This document shows positions 34,687 to 34,953 of a DNA stretch of 34,953 nucleotides, piece after piece. Numbering within the stretch: position 1 is the stretch's first letter; each line of letters begins with the position of its first letter. The stretch is from contig CBFFRP010000535.1 of assembly GCA_965644295.1 (NCBI GenBank), positions 1 to 34,953 on the forward strand, in the 5' to 3' direction. A program made the translations under genes and the position numbers. Source of the stretch: Paraphysomonas bandaiensis (taxonomy: Eukaryota; Protista; Chrysophyceae). The notes under the pieces were generated by a model. That model did not search any database, was not told the origin of the DNA, and saw only the letters and a program-made list of their open reading frames with translations.

Positions 34687-34953
34687 CTAATCACCAACAT
34701 GCAGTTTGATAAGCATCAAACCAGAACATTTGGGTCCGGATGCAATCCAAACATCCGGGTCCGGTGTCAAAGTGTCTCCCCAGTAGCCAAGTTTCCTCTC
34801 ATTCCTTGTTGAGCAGGCTCTGGCGTATCTCATGTTGTATATGACACCAAGTCCATATCCTTTTAACAGATACTCTCTTATCTGCTGGCTAATAAGTTCG
34901 GATCCTCCATCAGCATGACCACCCACCGCTGCAGTTTCCACCCTCGTACTTGT
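34687..34953 (-). other. Open frame of unknown function distal to the telomeric array
   Basis: Frame is open from the window end to a stop at 34687; no motif recognised. Confidence 0.25.

Overview
Eukaryotic (protist-like, possibly stramenopile; taxonomy is inference) genomic DNA with spliceosomal introns and a ~4.36 kb (TTAGGG)n array at 30207-34565 that is followed by 388 bp of non-repeat sequence. Six host genes are supported: a C2HC zinc-finger protein (-), a geranylgeranyl-reductase-family flavoprotein (+), a CDPK-type kinase (+), the RNA ligase RtcB (+, 20 exons, one GC-AG intron), a secreted GH28 enzyme (-) and a two-pore-channel-like protein (+). The window starts inside an AT-rich, virus-like segment carrying a NUMOD4-HNH-AP2 endonuclease gene that the ORF track missed. 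The intergenic DNA holds about 10 copies of a ~550 bp non-coding retroposon. It shows 11-14 bp target-site duplications, 5' truncations, nesting, one chimeric insertion, and a candidate HDV-like ribozyme fold exactly at its 5' end. There are also Copia remnants, a MITE-like element and a possible hAT fragment. Both telomeric tracts in the window (a 3-unit one at 1956 and the long array) are preceded by the same 11-nt leader, ATACTATTCGA.
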